A DNA stretch of 64,000 bases, taken from NCBI GenBank assembly GCA_051531935.1, contig JAOPTR010000007.1, positions 130,099-194,098 of the forward strand, in the 5' to 3' direction. This DNA comes from Hyphomicrobiales bacterium (GTDB lineage Bacteria; Pseudomonadota; Alphaproteobacteria; Rhizobiales; OSC116). How positions within the stretch are numbered: position 1 is the stretch's first letter; each line of letters starts with the position of its first letter. Of the stretch, positions 49,758-59,828 are shown in pieces. A model generated the notes under the pieces. The model was not told the origin of the DNA. It made no database searches and saw only the letters and a program-made list of their open reading frames with translations. The position numbers and the translations under genes are program-made.

Positions 49758-50771
49758 ATGCTCAAATTTATCTTGCAACGCCTCGCGGTTCTTATACCGA
49801 CATTCATAGGCATCACCCTTGCGGCCTTTATTTTCATCCATCTTATACCTGGCGACCCCATCGAAGTGATGGCTGGCGAACGTGGTGTATCACCCGAAAA
49901 ATACGCCGAGCTCATGCACGCTTTCGGCCTCGATCAGCCGCTATGGAAACAATATCTCGACTATATCTGGCAATTATTGCATGGCGATTTAGGCAGAAGC
50001 TTCGTCACCAAACAACCAGTACTCGATGAGTTTTTTAAATTATTCCCTGCCACGATAGAGCTGTCATTAAGCGCACTCATATTCGCCATCATCATTGGCA
50101 TACCTGCAGGCATCATTGCCGCGGTTAAACGTGGTTCATTTTTCGATCATTCGTTAATGACCTTATCACTCACTGGTTTCTCAATGCCACTATTCTGGTG
50201 GGCATTATTACTCATCGTAACCTTCTCAGGCAATCTTGGTTGGACGCCCGTCTCAGGCCGTATTTCGGTGCTGTATTATTTCGATAATGTCACAGGTTTC
50301 TTGCTCATTGATAGTTGGCTATCAGGTCAACCAGGTGCGTTTAAATCAGCGGTTATGCATCTCATCTTGCCAACAATTGCCCTAGGCACAATTCCATTGG
50401 CTACATTTGCCCGCCAAACCCGCTCGGCGATGCTCGAAACTTTAAGCGAAGATTTCATAAAAACCGCACGCGCAAAAGGCCTAAGCCCTTTCCGCGTTAC
50501 CGTGGTACATGCATTTCGCAATGCGCTCATTCCCATCATCACGGTTATTGGCTTGTCCATAGGTGTGCTGCTCGGTGGCGCCATTCTCACCGAAACCATT
50601 TTCTCATGGCCAGGCATAGGCAAGTGGATGGTAGATAGTATTTTCAGACGCGATTATGCGGTGGTGCAAGGCGGCCTTATCCTCATCGCCTCTATGGTTA
50701 TTTTGGTCAATCTATCGGTAGATGTGCTGTATGGCATCATCGACCCACGTATAAGAAAGAAAGGGCATTGA
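49758..50771 (+). CDS. dppB: Dipeptide ABC transporter permease
   Basis: HLIPGDP, LFPATIELS, TARAKGL and GAILTETIFSWPGIG. Confidence 0.93.
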   Translation: MLKFILQRLAVLIPTFIGITLAAFIFIHLIPGDPIEVMAGERGVSPEKYAELMHAFGLDQPLWKQYLDYIWQLLHGDLGRSFVTKQPVLDEFFKLFPATIELSLSALIFAIIIGIPAGIIAAVKRGSFFDHSLMTLSLTGFSMPLFWWALLLIVTFSGNLGWTPVSGRISVLYYFDNVTGFLLIDSWLSGQPGAFKSAVMHLILPTIALGTIPLATFARQTRSAMLETLSEDFIKTARAKGLSPFRVTVVHAFRNALIPIITVIGLSIGVLLGGAILTETIFSWPGIGKWMVDSIFRRDYAVVQGGLILIASMVILVNLSVDVLYGIIDPRIRKKGH

Positions 50772-50772
50772 T

Positions 50773-51675
50773 ATGAGTATTTCTTCAACAGATAAAGTTC
50801 AGTCTGCTCTCAGAGCTGTGTTATCAAGTTTTTGGTTCGAATTTAAACAAAACCGTGGCGCATTATATGGCCTCATCTTTGTCGCCATCCTCGCTTTCGT
50901 TGCGGTTTTTGCCGATTTTGTATCGCCATATAACCCAACCGAACAGTATCGCGATTTCCTCAAAATTCCGCCCGTCTGGTCAGAAGGTGGAAATTGGAGT
51001 TTCATATTAGGCACAGATGCTTTGGGGCGCGATCAACTCTCACGCATCATCCATGGTTCGCGCTATTCATTCTATATTGGCTTCATCGTTATTTTCTTCT
51101 GCCTCACTATAGGTATTTTCTTAGGTCTAGTGGCCGCGTTTAACAAAGGCTATGTCGATACCTTCATCATGCGCCTGATGGACATCATTTTGGCTTTCCC
51201 AAGTCTGCTTATGGCTTTGGCCTTGGTAGCAATCCTCGGGCCATCGCTCGAAAATGCGATGATCGCCATCGCGGTGGTTTACATCCCACATTTTGTGAGG
51301 CTCACAAGGGCGCAAGCTCTGTCCGAATTGGGCAAAGACTATGTTTCTTCATCCAAAACTATGGGTGCATCATCTGCACGGCTTATGTTCGTCAACGTGC
51401 TGCCAAACTGCATGGCACCGCTTATCGTTCAAGCCACAATGAGTTTTTCATCAGCAATTTTAGATGCTGCAGCACTGGGCTTTTTGGGCATGGGCGCACA
51501 GCCACCCACACCAGAATGGGGCACAATGCTAGCCGATAGCCGCCAATATATCACATCCGACCCGTGGCTTATGGGCATTCCGGGCTTGTTTATCCTGGTC
51601 ACCGTTTTGTCAATCAACCTCATTGGTGATGGCCTGCGTGATGCGCTCGATCCAAAAATGAAATCTAACAAATAG
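50773..51675 (+). CDS. dppC: Dipeptide ABC transporter permease
   Basis: LGTDALGRD, LGMGAQPPTPEWG and GDGLRDALDP. Confidence 0.93.
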   Translation: MSISSTDKVQSALRAVLSSFWFEFKQNRGALYGLIFVAILAFVAVFADFVSPYNPTEQYRDFLKIPPVWSEGGNWSFILGTDALGRDQLSRIIHGSRYSFYIGFIVIFFCLTIGIFLGLVAAFNKGYVDTFIMRLMDIILAFPSLLMALALVAILGPSLENAMIAIAVVYIPHFVRLTRAQALSELGKDYVSSSKTMGASSARLMFVNVLPNCMAPLIVQATMSFSSAILDAAALGFLGMGAQPPTPEWGTMLADSRQYITSDPWLMGIPGLFILVTVLSINLIGDGLRDALDPKMKSNK

Positions 51676-51687
51676 AAAGGTAAGATC

Positions 51688-53328
51688 ATGTCAAAAGACG
51701 CAATTTTAAAAATCAACAATCTTACCGTTAGCTTGCCAACACGTGCCGAACGCCCCTATGCGGTCGAAAATGTAAGTTTCGAAGTTTTCCCGGGTGAAAT
51801 CTTGTGCATCGTTGGTGAGTCTGGTTCTGGTAAATCTATGTCATCCAATGCGGTTATGGGCTTGCTGCCAAAGCCACATGTATATGTCAGCCAAGGCGAG
51901 ATTATGTTCGATGGTCGCGATTTAACAAAAATCTCCGACAGCGAAATGCAAAAAATTCGTGGCAGTAAAATCGGTATGATTTTTCAAGAGCCAATGACCG
52001 CGCTTAACCCTGTGATGAAGGTTACAAAACAACTCGAAGAAGTTTTCAAAAGCCATAAATTCAAACTATCACGCAAAGAAGTCAAAGCCAAAATCATCGA
52101 AATGTTAGATGATGTCGGCCTGCCTGATCCTGAAATTATTGGCAATAGCTATCCGTTCGAACTTTCTGGCGGCCAACGTCAACGGGTGATGATTGCGATG
52201 GCCTTGGCGTTAGAGCCAGCCATCTTAATCGCCGATGAGCCAACAACCGCGCTCGATGTAACAACCCAAGCCCAAATTCTAAAACTCGTTGCTGAGTTGC
52301 AGGATAAACGCGATATGGGCGTTATTTTCATCACCCATGATTTTGGTGTGGTGGCCGAGATTGCCGATCGGGTGATCGTTATGCAATATGGCAAAATTGT
52401 CGAGCAAGGCAGTGCCGCGCAGATTTTAAATCATCCTGAGCATCCTTATACAAGAAAGCTCATTTCCACCGTGCCGCATCTTGGGGCGCAGAAAAAAGCC
52501 CCCGTTACCTCCGATGTGGTGGTTACGGTTAAAGGCCTTAACAAAACTTATGGCGATGAAAGCACAGGCTTTTTCAAAAAAGCAGGCCGTGTTGTGCATG
52601 CCTCAAAAAATGTAAATCTAGAAATCCGCAAAGGCGAAACTTTGGGTCTAGTGGGCGAGTCTGGTTCGGGCAAGTCCACAGTAGGGCGCTGTATCATTCG
52701 TTTACATTCATCAAATTCGGGCGAAATCCTGTTCGAAGGTAAGGACATCCTAAAATTGTCCAATGCCGAAATGATGCCGATGCGCAAACACATTCAAATG
52801 ATCTTCCAAGACCCATATGCCTCTCTAAATCCAAGGCGTAAAATTGGTGACATCATTACTGAAGGCCCCACCATTCACGGCACACCCAAATCCGAAAGTT
52901 GGAAACGCGCCGAAGAATTACTAGAAATTGTGGGCCTCGATAAAATCGCTCTTAAACGCTACCCACACGAATTTTCTGGTGGTCAGCGCCAACGCATCGG
53001 CATCGCCCGCGCATTGGCAATGGATCCAAAATTGCTAATTGCCGATGAAGCCGTGTCTGCGCTAGACGTTTCAGTGCAAGCTCAAGTGCTAGATTTGTTA
53101 GATGAAATTAAAACCAAAATGGATTTGGCAATGCTGTTCGTCACTCATGATTTGCGCGTTGCTGCACAAGTTTGCGATAAAATTGCAGTGATGAAATTAG
53201 GCGAGATTGTAGAATATGGCAATACCTATGATGTGTTCCACAATCCTCAACATGCCTACACAAAAAGCTTGCTAGAAGCGGTACCAGGTAAAGATTGGAA
53301 AGTGCCTGATCTATCTGAACTCGTCTAA
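51688..53328 (+). CDS. Fused double-domain peptide ABC ATP-binding protein (DppD/F)
   Basis: Two Walker A motifs GESGSGKS and two signature motifs (LSGGQRQR, FSGGQRQR). Confidence 0.93.
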   Translation: MSKDAILKINNLTVSLPTRAERPYAVENVSFEVFPGEILCIVGESGSGKSMSSNAVMGLLPKPHVYVSQGEIMFDGRDLTKISDSEMQKIRGSKIGMIFQEPMTALNPVMKVTKQLEEVFKSHKFKLSRKEVKAKIIEMLDDVGLPDPEIIGNSYPFELSGGQRQRVMIAMALALEPAILIADEPTTALDVTTQAQILKLVAELQDKRDMGVIFITHDFGVVAEIADRVIVMQYGKIVEQGSAAQILNHPEHPYTRKLISTVPHLGAQKKAPVTSDVVVTVKGLNKTYGDESTGFFKKAGRVVHASKNVNLEIRKGETLGLVGESGSGKSTVGRCIIRLHSSNSGEILFEGKDILKLSNAEMMPMRKHIQMIFQDPYASLNPRRKIGDIITEGPTIHGTPKSESWKRAEELLEIVGLDKIALKRYPHEFSGGQRQRIGIARALAMDPKLLIADEAVSALDVSVQAQVLDLLDEIKTKMDLAMLFVTHDLRVAAQVCDKIAVMKLGEIVEYGNTYDVFHNPQHAYTKSLLEAVPGKDWKVPDLSELV

Positions 53329-53373
53329 CTTGGCAACAAGACCAGCTTGAGGAATAGTCAAAAAATATAGCGT

Positions 53374-53772
53374 TTAAACAAATGCAATATGGCTATTCTC
53401 AAGTAATCTTGAAAATTCGTCATATTCTTCCTTACTTTTGTAATATCTTGCGTTTAGAGCAAGAATAAGGCCGTTTTCAACAATAAATTCAGCCTTGCCA
53501 AATGCCTCTTCTAGCTCACCAAGTTGATTTGGCAACTTCATTTCAATTTCAGAATAAAAATATCTATCATTTTTACTTTTGGGAGGGCCAATTTGAAAAT
53601 GAGTGCGCTCATTCAAAAATTTCACACGATTTGAATAGGTTTCAAAATCTAGTTTTTCTCTTGAGTTGAGAGTAAAACTAAAGCGTGGAGAAATAATATA
53701 GGTAACTTCATCTAATTTATTTTTGTGAAACGCATCAACAAAATATTCCACAATTTTTAAATTATGCGACAT
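53374..53772 (-). CDS. Hypothetical protein, possible NTF2/SnoaL-like fold; paralog of 32783-33205
   Basis: AT-rich 132-aa ORF sharing VE.F...F..NK..E...IISP.F, PKS and LG..EE..G....IV..GLI with the 32783 ORF. Confidence 0.75.
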   Translation of the reverse strand: MSHNLKIVEYFVDAFHKNKLDEVTYIISPRFSFTLNSREKLDFETYSNRVKFLNERTHFQIGPPKSKNDRYFYSEIEMKLPNQLGELEEAFGKAEFIVENGLILALNARYYKSKEEYDEFSRLLENSHIAFV

Positions 53773-53876
53773 AGGCAGGCTTTCAAAATCAGCAAAGCTA
53801 AAATTAAAAGCCTAACATGGCTTCAAGTAAAATTATATTGGTCAAAAGGTTGGCAAGTTATACCATTGAATTAGAT

Positions 53877-56800
53877 TCATTCAGCAGGATCAATGTTTTT
53901 CACTTCTGGCTTTAATATTCCAATACGCTTGGTAAAGTGTTTCCAATTCTTACCGTTCCACATCCAGCTAAAGAAATTGCCAATATCATGCAAAATGCCA
54001 ATGGTTGCAGGCACCAAAATAAGCACCAAAACCGTTGCCGCCAACAATCCAAACACCATAGTGACCGCCAACGGAATTAAAAACTGCGCTTGCAGGCTTT
54101 TCTCAAACATAAGTGGTATCAATCCACCAATTGTGGTCAATGATGTTAACAGCACCGCACGCAAACGGTCTTTTGCACCCAGTACAGCCGCATGGTACAT
54201 GTCTGTTCCGCTTTCAATATATTCATCAATGCGCGAAACCAAAATAATACTGTCATTCACCAATATACCCGCAAGCCCAAGTAAACCAAATACACTCATC
54301 ATGGTAAGGTTAAAGCCCATTATATAATGGCCAAATAATGCACCTACAAAGCCAAATGGAATAATCATCATCACGACAAATGGGCGGCTATAAGATGCAA
54401 ATACCCAAGCCAGTGTAATATATATAAGCGAAAGACCCAGCATGGCGCCAATTTGCATGTCCAAAAATGCGTCGGCCTGTTCTTGGCCTTGGCCACCAAG
54501 TTTCTGCTCAACATTATATTTGCTCAAAATGGCGGGCATGATGTTTTTATCAATTTCTTTTCGAACTTCATCACCTGTCATTAGGTCGGGGTTCACTTCA
54601 CCCGTAATGGTTATGGCAATTTTCCCATCAGTCTTACGGATCAGGCTCGCACCCACTTTTTCATCAAAATCAACAATTTCACTTAGCTGAACATATTTAC
54701 CAGTGGGGCTTTTTAAGCGGAAGTTGCGCAAACTGCTCATGCTGCCTTCTTGGTCAGCCAAAGTTACGTTCACATCAATATCACCTGTCGCTGCAGGGAA
54801 TGATCTTGCGGTTAAACCTTGGAAGTTATTACGCAATTGTCCCGATACATTGTCAATGGTAAAGCCCAACGCACCGCCACGTGGCGTTAGCGTCAATACA
54901 AGCTCACGCTTGCCAACAGGGAAGTTATCATCCAAGCCAGTTACACCAGGTAAACGCCCAATCTGCTCTTGCAATTCTTTGGATGCAGCACGCAATGTTT
55001 CTAGTGAGCCACCAGATAAACGGTAATCAATCTCAGCGCCACCACTACCGCCACCACGGCCTTCTTCAATAATTAAATTTTCTACAGTCGGTAAAACAGG
55101 GGCAGCATCTTGCCAAGCCGATAAAATATCTGCCGTGCGTATTTCACGAGTTTCAGCTTTGGTCAATTGCACTTTAACAGCCGCTTCGGGGTCAGTGCCG
55201 TTGCTAATGGTGGTAAATACGGTTTGTACCAAACTGCCTTTGCTGCCACCAAGTTCAAGTTCAACTTCGCGCAATGTGGCTTCCATGCGTTCCACGTCAA
55301 TTTTAATTTGGTCAAGTTCTGCGCCCGAGCTGAATTCCATACGCAATTCAATTTGCTCACCTTCGGCCTGCGGAAAAAAGTCAAACCCAACTTTGCCAGA
55401 TGTCACAAAGCCAATAGCCACAATAAAGGTGGCAAAACTAGCAGCCAATGTTGCCCATCTCCAGCGGAATGATAATGCCGCTACAGGCACAAACATTTTG
55501 TCCCTAAAAAATTCAAACCCATTGTCAAAATGCTTGCGGAAGAAATTACGTTTTTGGCCCTTGCCTCTATATTTCACATGGCGTAAATGACCAGGCAAAA
55601 TCAAAAAACATTCAATTAACGAAGCTACAAGTACCGATATAACCACAATCGGAAAGGTTATCATAACCTGCCCCATAAAGCCGCCAATCATCGCCAATGG
55701 CAAAAATGCCGCTATAGTGGTAATGGCCGCAGCAATCACGGGTTTCATCATGCGGGTTGCGCCCAATTGTGCAGCGTCTTTGGCGCTTAAGCCGTTTCGC
55801 ATCTGGGTTTCGGCCTCTTCGGCCACCACAATGGCATCGTCAACAATAATGCCCAACATCATAATCAATGCAAACATCGAAATCATGTTAATGGATGTGC
55901 CGAACAAATACATAACCGCCAAAGTCGCCATAATGGCCACAGGCACACCTGCCGCCACCCAAAAAGCAATCCGTGCGTTTAAGAATATAAACAACACAGC
56001 CACAACCAGCACTAACCCAGATGCACCATTATTCACCAAAAGCGAAATCCGCTCCTGCACATATTGTCCCGTTACATCAAATGTGGTCACTTCTAGACTT
56101 TTTGGCAAAGTGCCTTTCACATTGTCCAAATATTCGTTCATAATACGCATAGTTTTTAACGTATCTGCACTAGGCGTGCGCTTAATTTCAAGCACAATCG
56201 CGCGGTTATCTTGCATCACACCAACCGCTTGGTCAGGGTTGTATCGAGTGCTAATTTCTGCAACATCGCTAAGTAATAATCGCTCACCTTTGCTACCAAC
56301 GCTCAGTTCAATCCCACCAAGGTCAGATGCCGATTGCCCAACCCCGCCAATGCGAAGAGACTTTTGCAATGTACCATCCAAATTACCAGATGGCCTGTCT
56401 AATGTGCCGGTGGTAATTTTGCGCGCAATGTCACCTAAAGATAATGTGGTTTTTTCAATTGCCAATGGGTCAACATTTACCGAAATTTCTTCATCTCTCT
56501 TGCCCGAGAAATCAATCTTATCAATACCCGCGTCCAACAGTCCATCACGTAAATCCAAGGCATATTGTATCAATGCCCGCTCACCAAATGGCCCCGATAT
56601 AGAGATAGAGGCAACAGGCTCATAAAATTCAATTTTAGTGATAACAGGACTGTCAGCTTCGGCAGGTAAGTTGCGCACGCTGGCAACAGCGCGCTCAACG
56701 CGTGACATAGCTTCAGTCATATCAGCGTCAGATTCAAACTGCAAAGTTATGCCGCCATTGCCTTCAACCGCATAGGCTGTCACGGCTTCCACTTTGTCCA

Positions 56801-57062
56801 AAAACCGCACTTCAGCTTCCAATGGTCGTAATATTGAAGCCTCAACATCGTCAGGGCTTGCTCCCGTCCACGAGGTCGAAATATTAATGTAATTAATGGT
56901 AAAAGTTGGCATTAATTGGGTATTGAGCTTAAGTAAGGCTGCCCCGCCCAATAAAATCAACATGGCCATCAGCAGGTTAGCCGCGGTTTTATGGCGCACA
57001 AATAGTCTAATAATGCCAGTTTTGCTAATTTGGTTTCTTAAGTTATCAAGCTTGGTAGACAT
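53877..57062 (-). CDS. RND efflux transporter permease subunit (AcrB/AcrD/AcrF family)
   Basis: 1061 aa with GIIVDDAIVVAE, GILVNDSII and RLRAVLLTSLTT. Confidence 0.93.
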   Translation of the reverse strand: MSTKLDNLRNQISKTGIIRLFVRHKTAANLLMAMLILLGGAALLKLNTQLMPTFTINYINISTSWTGASPDDVEASILRPLEAEVRFLDKVEAVTAYAVEGNGGITLQFESDADMTEAMSRVERAVASVRNLPAEADSPVITKIEFYEPVASISISGPFGERALIQYALDLRDGLLDAGIDKIDFSGKRDEEISVNVDPLAIEKTTLSLGDIARKITTGTLDRPSGNLDGTLQKSLRIGGVGQSASDLGGIELSVGSKGERLLLSDVAEISTRYNPDQAVGVMQDNRAIVLEIKRTPSADTLKTMRIMNEYLDNVKGTLPKSLEVTTFDVTGQYVQERISLLVNNGASGLVLVVAVLFIFLNARIAFWVAAGVPVAIMATLAVMYLFGTSINMISMFALIMMLGIIVDDAIVVAEEAETQMRNGLSAKDAAQLGATRMMKPVIAAAITTIAAFLPLAMIGGFMGQVMITFPIVVISVLVASLIECFLILPGHLRHVKYRGKGQKRNFFRKHFDNGFEFFRDKMFVPVAALSFRWRWATLAASFATFIVAIGFVTSGKVGFDFFPQAEGEQIELRMEFSSGAELDQIKIDVERMEATLREVELELGGSKGSLVQTVFTTISNGTDPEAAVKVQLTKAETREIRTADILSAWQDAAPVLPTVENLIIEEGRGGGSGGAEIDYRLSGGSLETLRAASKELQEQIGRLPGVTGLDDNFPVGKRELVLTLTPRGGALGFTIDNVSGQLRNNFQGLTARSFPAATGDIDVNVTLADQEGSMSSLRNFRLKSPTGKYVQLSEIVDFDEKVGASLIRKTDGKIAITITGEVNPDLMTGDEVRKEIDKNIMPAILSKYNVEQKLGGQGQEQADAFLDMQIGAMLGLSLIYITLAWVFASYSRPFVVMMIIPFGFVGALFGHYIMGFNLTMMSVFGLLGLAGILVNDSIILVSRIDEYIESGTDMYHAAVLGAKDRLRAVLLTSLTTIGGLIPLMFEKSLQAQFLIPLAVTMVFGLLAATVLVLILVPATIGILHDIGNFFSWMWNGKNWKHFTKRIGILKPEVKNIDPAE

Positions 57063-57063
57063 A

Positions 57064-58620
57064 TCATTCTCCCGCTTTTTCTGCGGTTTCAGTTTCTAGC
57101 TTGGCTTTGTTTTCCGCAAGCGCGTTCTTCAGCCGCTCTTCTCGCAGTTTTTCAGCTTCAATACGGGTTATAACCAATACATCAGTACCAGCGGAGCTAA
57201 GTTTAGTGGCTAAAATCACATCACCATTTTTAATTAGGTCATCGGCATCAGCACTGGTCACCAAGGCATATTTGCCGTCATATCCAATGGTGGTAATCTT
57301 CACAGGTCTTAACCGCGTTTCAGTTTTAGCTTCTTGTTTCTCTTCGTTTTTAGCGGTTTTCTCTGTTGCTTTCTCGTCACTTTTTTCAGCCATTTTGGTT
57401 TCTGTTTCAGCTACCACAACATCTCTTGTGTCCAAAATATATAATTTATCGCCATCATAAATAATATGTTCAGGCACTCTCAACACATCGGTAAATAACT
57501 GGTCAGGTATTTCAACGGTCATAAATGAGCCAACACGCAAAGTGGCAATGTCTTCCAAGCCCTTAATTTGCGCAAATAACTCTATCCCGCCAGATGATGC
57601 CGTAATTTGAGCCGCGACACGGTCAATGGTCGCAGTAAAGTTCTGCGTGGCATTACCAGCTTTCCAAATTAGGTTTACATCACGGCCAATCAAAGTGCCA
57701 TCTTGTGCTAAAATACGGCCATAAAGGCTATCAGATAGCGTAAATACAATGTCCATCTGGCTACGGTCGATTAATGTCGCAACTTGCTCATTGGTGCTGG
57801 CCAATTGCCCAATTTGCATATTAGCATTTTGCACATAAGCATCAAAGGCTGCGTATATTTTTGTATGGTCCAAATCGCGTTGCGCTTTGTCAATCGACCA
57901 TTGAATATTCTTAAGGCCTGTTTCATAGCGCTTCATTTGGCTAATTTGGGCTTGCAAAGTATTTTCCGCCAAATCAACCGATTGCTGGCGTTGGGTCACA
58001 GCCAATAGCTTATCATCAAGTGCTTTGGTGGTAATCGTGCCACGTTTGCGCAAGGTCACGCCGCGTTCATAATCTTTTTGCGCAGCGTTCAATTGTTCTT
58101 TGGCAGTGCCAAGGCTAATCTCTTCAGATTTAGAACGTAATTTCAATTCATCAATATTTGTCAGCGTATCCGCATAGTTATTTTGGGCGCTCAATAGCGC
58201 GCCTTCATAAGTAAATGGGTCAATGGTAAAGAGCAGTTCACCCTTATCAACCAAGGCGCCAGATTTAAAATGAGGAGAGATTTGCACAACTTCACCGCCA
58301 ACATTGGCACGTAAGTTCAGTTGCTTACCTGCGACCGTTTGCCCATAAATTTCAACAGTTGGGCGAACATCAGCATATTTAGCGGTTAATGTCTCAACAG
58401 TGGCCGATTTCTCAACAATCTCGTCAGGTTTAATATCAGGCTTATTGCCATCTAAAATGGTTTTATAGGCAATGGCACCGCCCAAAAGCCCAATCGGCAA
58501 AATTATCAATAAAAATATTCTAAACGAACGCCCAACCCAAGTGCTTGGTTTAACTTCATTTAATTTAATATTGGTTTCAAGTGATAATTCTACATTATCT
58601 TTGTCGGCAGGCATGTCCAT
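57064..58620 (-). CDS. RND efflux periplasmic adaptor (membrane fusion protein)
   Basis: N-terminal TM anchor, lipoyl-like VGGEV...G..VDKGELLF.IDP and a long coiled coil; directly upstream of the RND permease. Confidence 0.88.
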   Translation of the reverse strand: MDMPADKDNVELSLETNIKLNEVKPSTWVGRSFRIFLLIILPIGLLGGAIAYKTILDGNKPDIKPDEIVEKSATVETLTAKYADVRPTVEIYGQTVAGKQLNLRANVGGEVVQISPHFKSGALVDKGELLFTIDPFTYEGALLSAQNNYADTLTNIDELKLRSKSEEISLGTAKEQLNAAQKDYERGVTLRKRGTITTKALDDKLLAVTQRQQSVDLAENTLQAQISQMKRYETGLKNIQWSIDKAQRDLDHTKIYAAFDAYVQNANMQIGQLASTNEQVATLIDRSQMDIVFTLSDSLYGRILAQDGTLIGRDVNLIWKAGNATQNFTATIDRVAAQITASSGGIELFAQIKGLEDIATLRVGSFMTVEIPDQLFTDVLRVPEHIIYDGDKLYILDTRDVVVAETETKMAEKSDEKATEKTAKNEEKQEAKTETRLRPVKITTIGYDGKYALVTSADADDLIKNGDVILATKLSSAGTDVLVITRIEAEKLREERLKNALAENKAKLETETAEKAGE

Positions 58621-58733
58621 AATATATATCTTTAAGTCGAGTTTGCTAATTCTCCCTGATATAGGAGCTAGATTACTAATTTACAAGATATATAAGTGTA
58701 TTAACTTGTAGCAACAAAAGTCAATAGTCTATA

Positions 58734-58757
58734 TTGCGCGGTTTTTATACCGCGCAA
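58734..58757 (-). terminator. Hairpin downstream of hslO
   Basis: 9-bp inverted repeat TTGCGCGGT...ACCGCGCAA, 11 nt after the hslO stop; weak T-tract. Confidence 0.5.
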
Positions 58758-58768
58758 CGTCAATTTAC

Positions 58769-59728
58769 CTACTGAGCAAAATGCTCAGCGGTGAACTCGT
58801 ATTCCTTGCCACAAAAATCACAAGCAACCTGAATAAAGCCAGGTTTTTTAGGGTTTTCAGTGGCCATTTCAACACGTTCAGTTTGGCTAAATTGGCTCAA
58901 CATATCTTCAATGCGTTCAGGACTACATTGGCAAAAAGCTTTAAGCTCTTGCGGTACATAGCACCGCACACCTTTTTCATGAAATAGTTGAAACAGTAAA
59001 TTTTGGCTATCGCTTTTGGGGTTAATCAGCTCAAAGTCTTTGACTGTCTTCATCAAAGCACGGGCATTTTCCCAATCCGATAATTGCAATTCTTTCAATT
59101 CTGTTTCATCCATATCAGCGTTCGAGCCGCCTTCAGCAGCAATAGATTGAATCATCAACCCACCAGCCGTCCAAGAATTTTCGTCTTCATCAAAATCAGC
59201 CGCCAAACGCACTTCGGTGAGCATTTGTTCAGATTTGCCAAAATACAAACATGCAGCTGCTTCTAAAGTGATGTTTTCAAGCGCCACAATGCCTTGGTAA
59301 TTCTGCATGTCATTACCTTGGTCAATGGTAATAATCATTTGGCCTTCACCTAATAAGGAAGCATCGTCCGTATCACTTAATTCAGATAATTTCACCTCAT
59401 CAAACCGTGCCGACGCCCTAAATTTGCCAGTAGCTTCATAGCCACCATCAGTGTGGTAATCTACAACCAACATGTTCAAAGGGCCTGTGGTGGTTGTCTG
59501 AATAATCAACCGGCCTTTAAATTTAATGCTAGAGCCAAGTAAGCTAGTCAGTGCCACAGCTTTTGCCACCACCCGCGCAATGGGGGCAGGGTAGTTATGG
59601 TCTTTCAACACGTCATCAATGGCGCTTTTTAAACGGGTAATCTCGCCGCGCACAGCCGCATTTTCAATCCGAAACGGAATAACAGCATTGTTTAGGTCTA
59701 CAGTGTTTTCAGTAATGTCATCAGCCAT
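58769..59728 (-). CDS. hslO: Hsp33 redox-regulated chaperone
   Basis: HNYPAP, YQGIVAL, YF..SEQ, AGGLMIQ and the zinc switch CQCS...CDFCG. Confidence 0.93.
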   Translation of the reverse strand: MADDITENTVDLNNAVIPFRIENAAVRGEITRLKSAIDDVLKDHNYPAPIARVVAKAVALTSLLGSSIKFKGRLIIQTTTTGPLNMLVVDYHTDGGYEATGKFRASARFDEVKLSELSDTDDASLLGEGQMIITIDQGNDMQNYQGIVALENITLEAAACLYFGKSEQMLTEVRLAADFDEDENSWTAGGLMIQSIAAEGGSNADMDETELKELQLSDWENARALMKTVKDFELINPKSDSQNLLFQLFHEKGVRCYVPQELKAFCQCSPERIEDMLSQFSQTERVEMATENPKKPGFIQVACDFCGKEYEFTAEHFAQ

Positions 59729-59782
59729 AATAATCTTCCAGCGTTGGAAACTTTAAATAAATATAAAAGAGTTGAACACTCT

Positions 59783-59810
59783 AAATAGGTAAGAAATTCG
59801 AAAATGCAAG
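59783..59810 (-). promoter_or_regulatory. RpoH (sigma32)-type promoter of hslO
   Basis: Minus strand reads CTTGCA-N15-CCTATTT, close to the alphaproteobacterial RpoH consensus CTTGAA-N15/16-CCTATAT. Confidence 0.7.
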
Positions 59811-59828
59811 CTATAGACTAAAAGGCAA

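Noticed and set aside
55717-56625. 302-aa plus-strand ORF
   Set aside because: It is an antisense shadow of the RND permease with no recognisable motifs.
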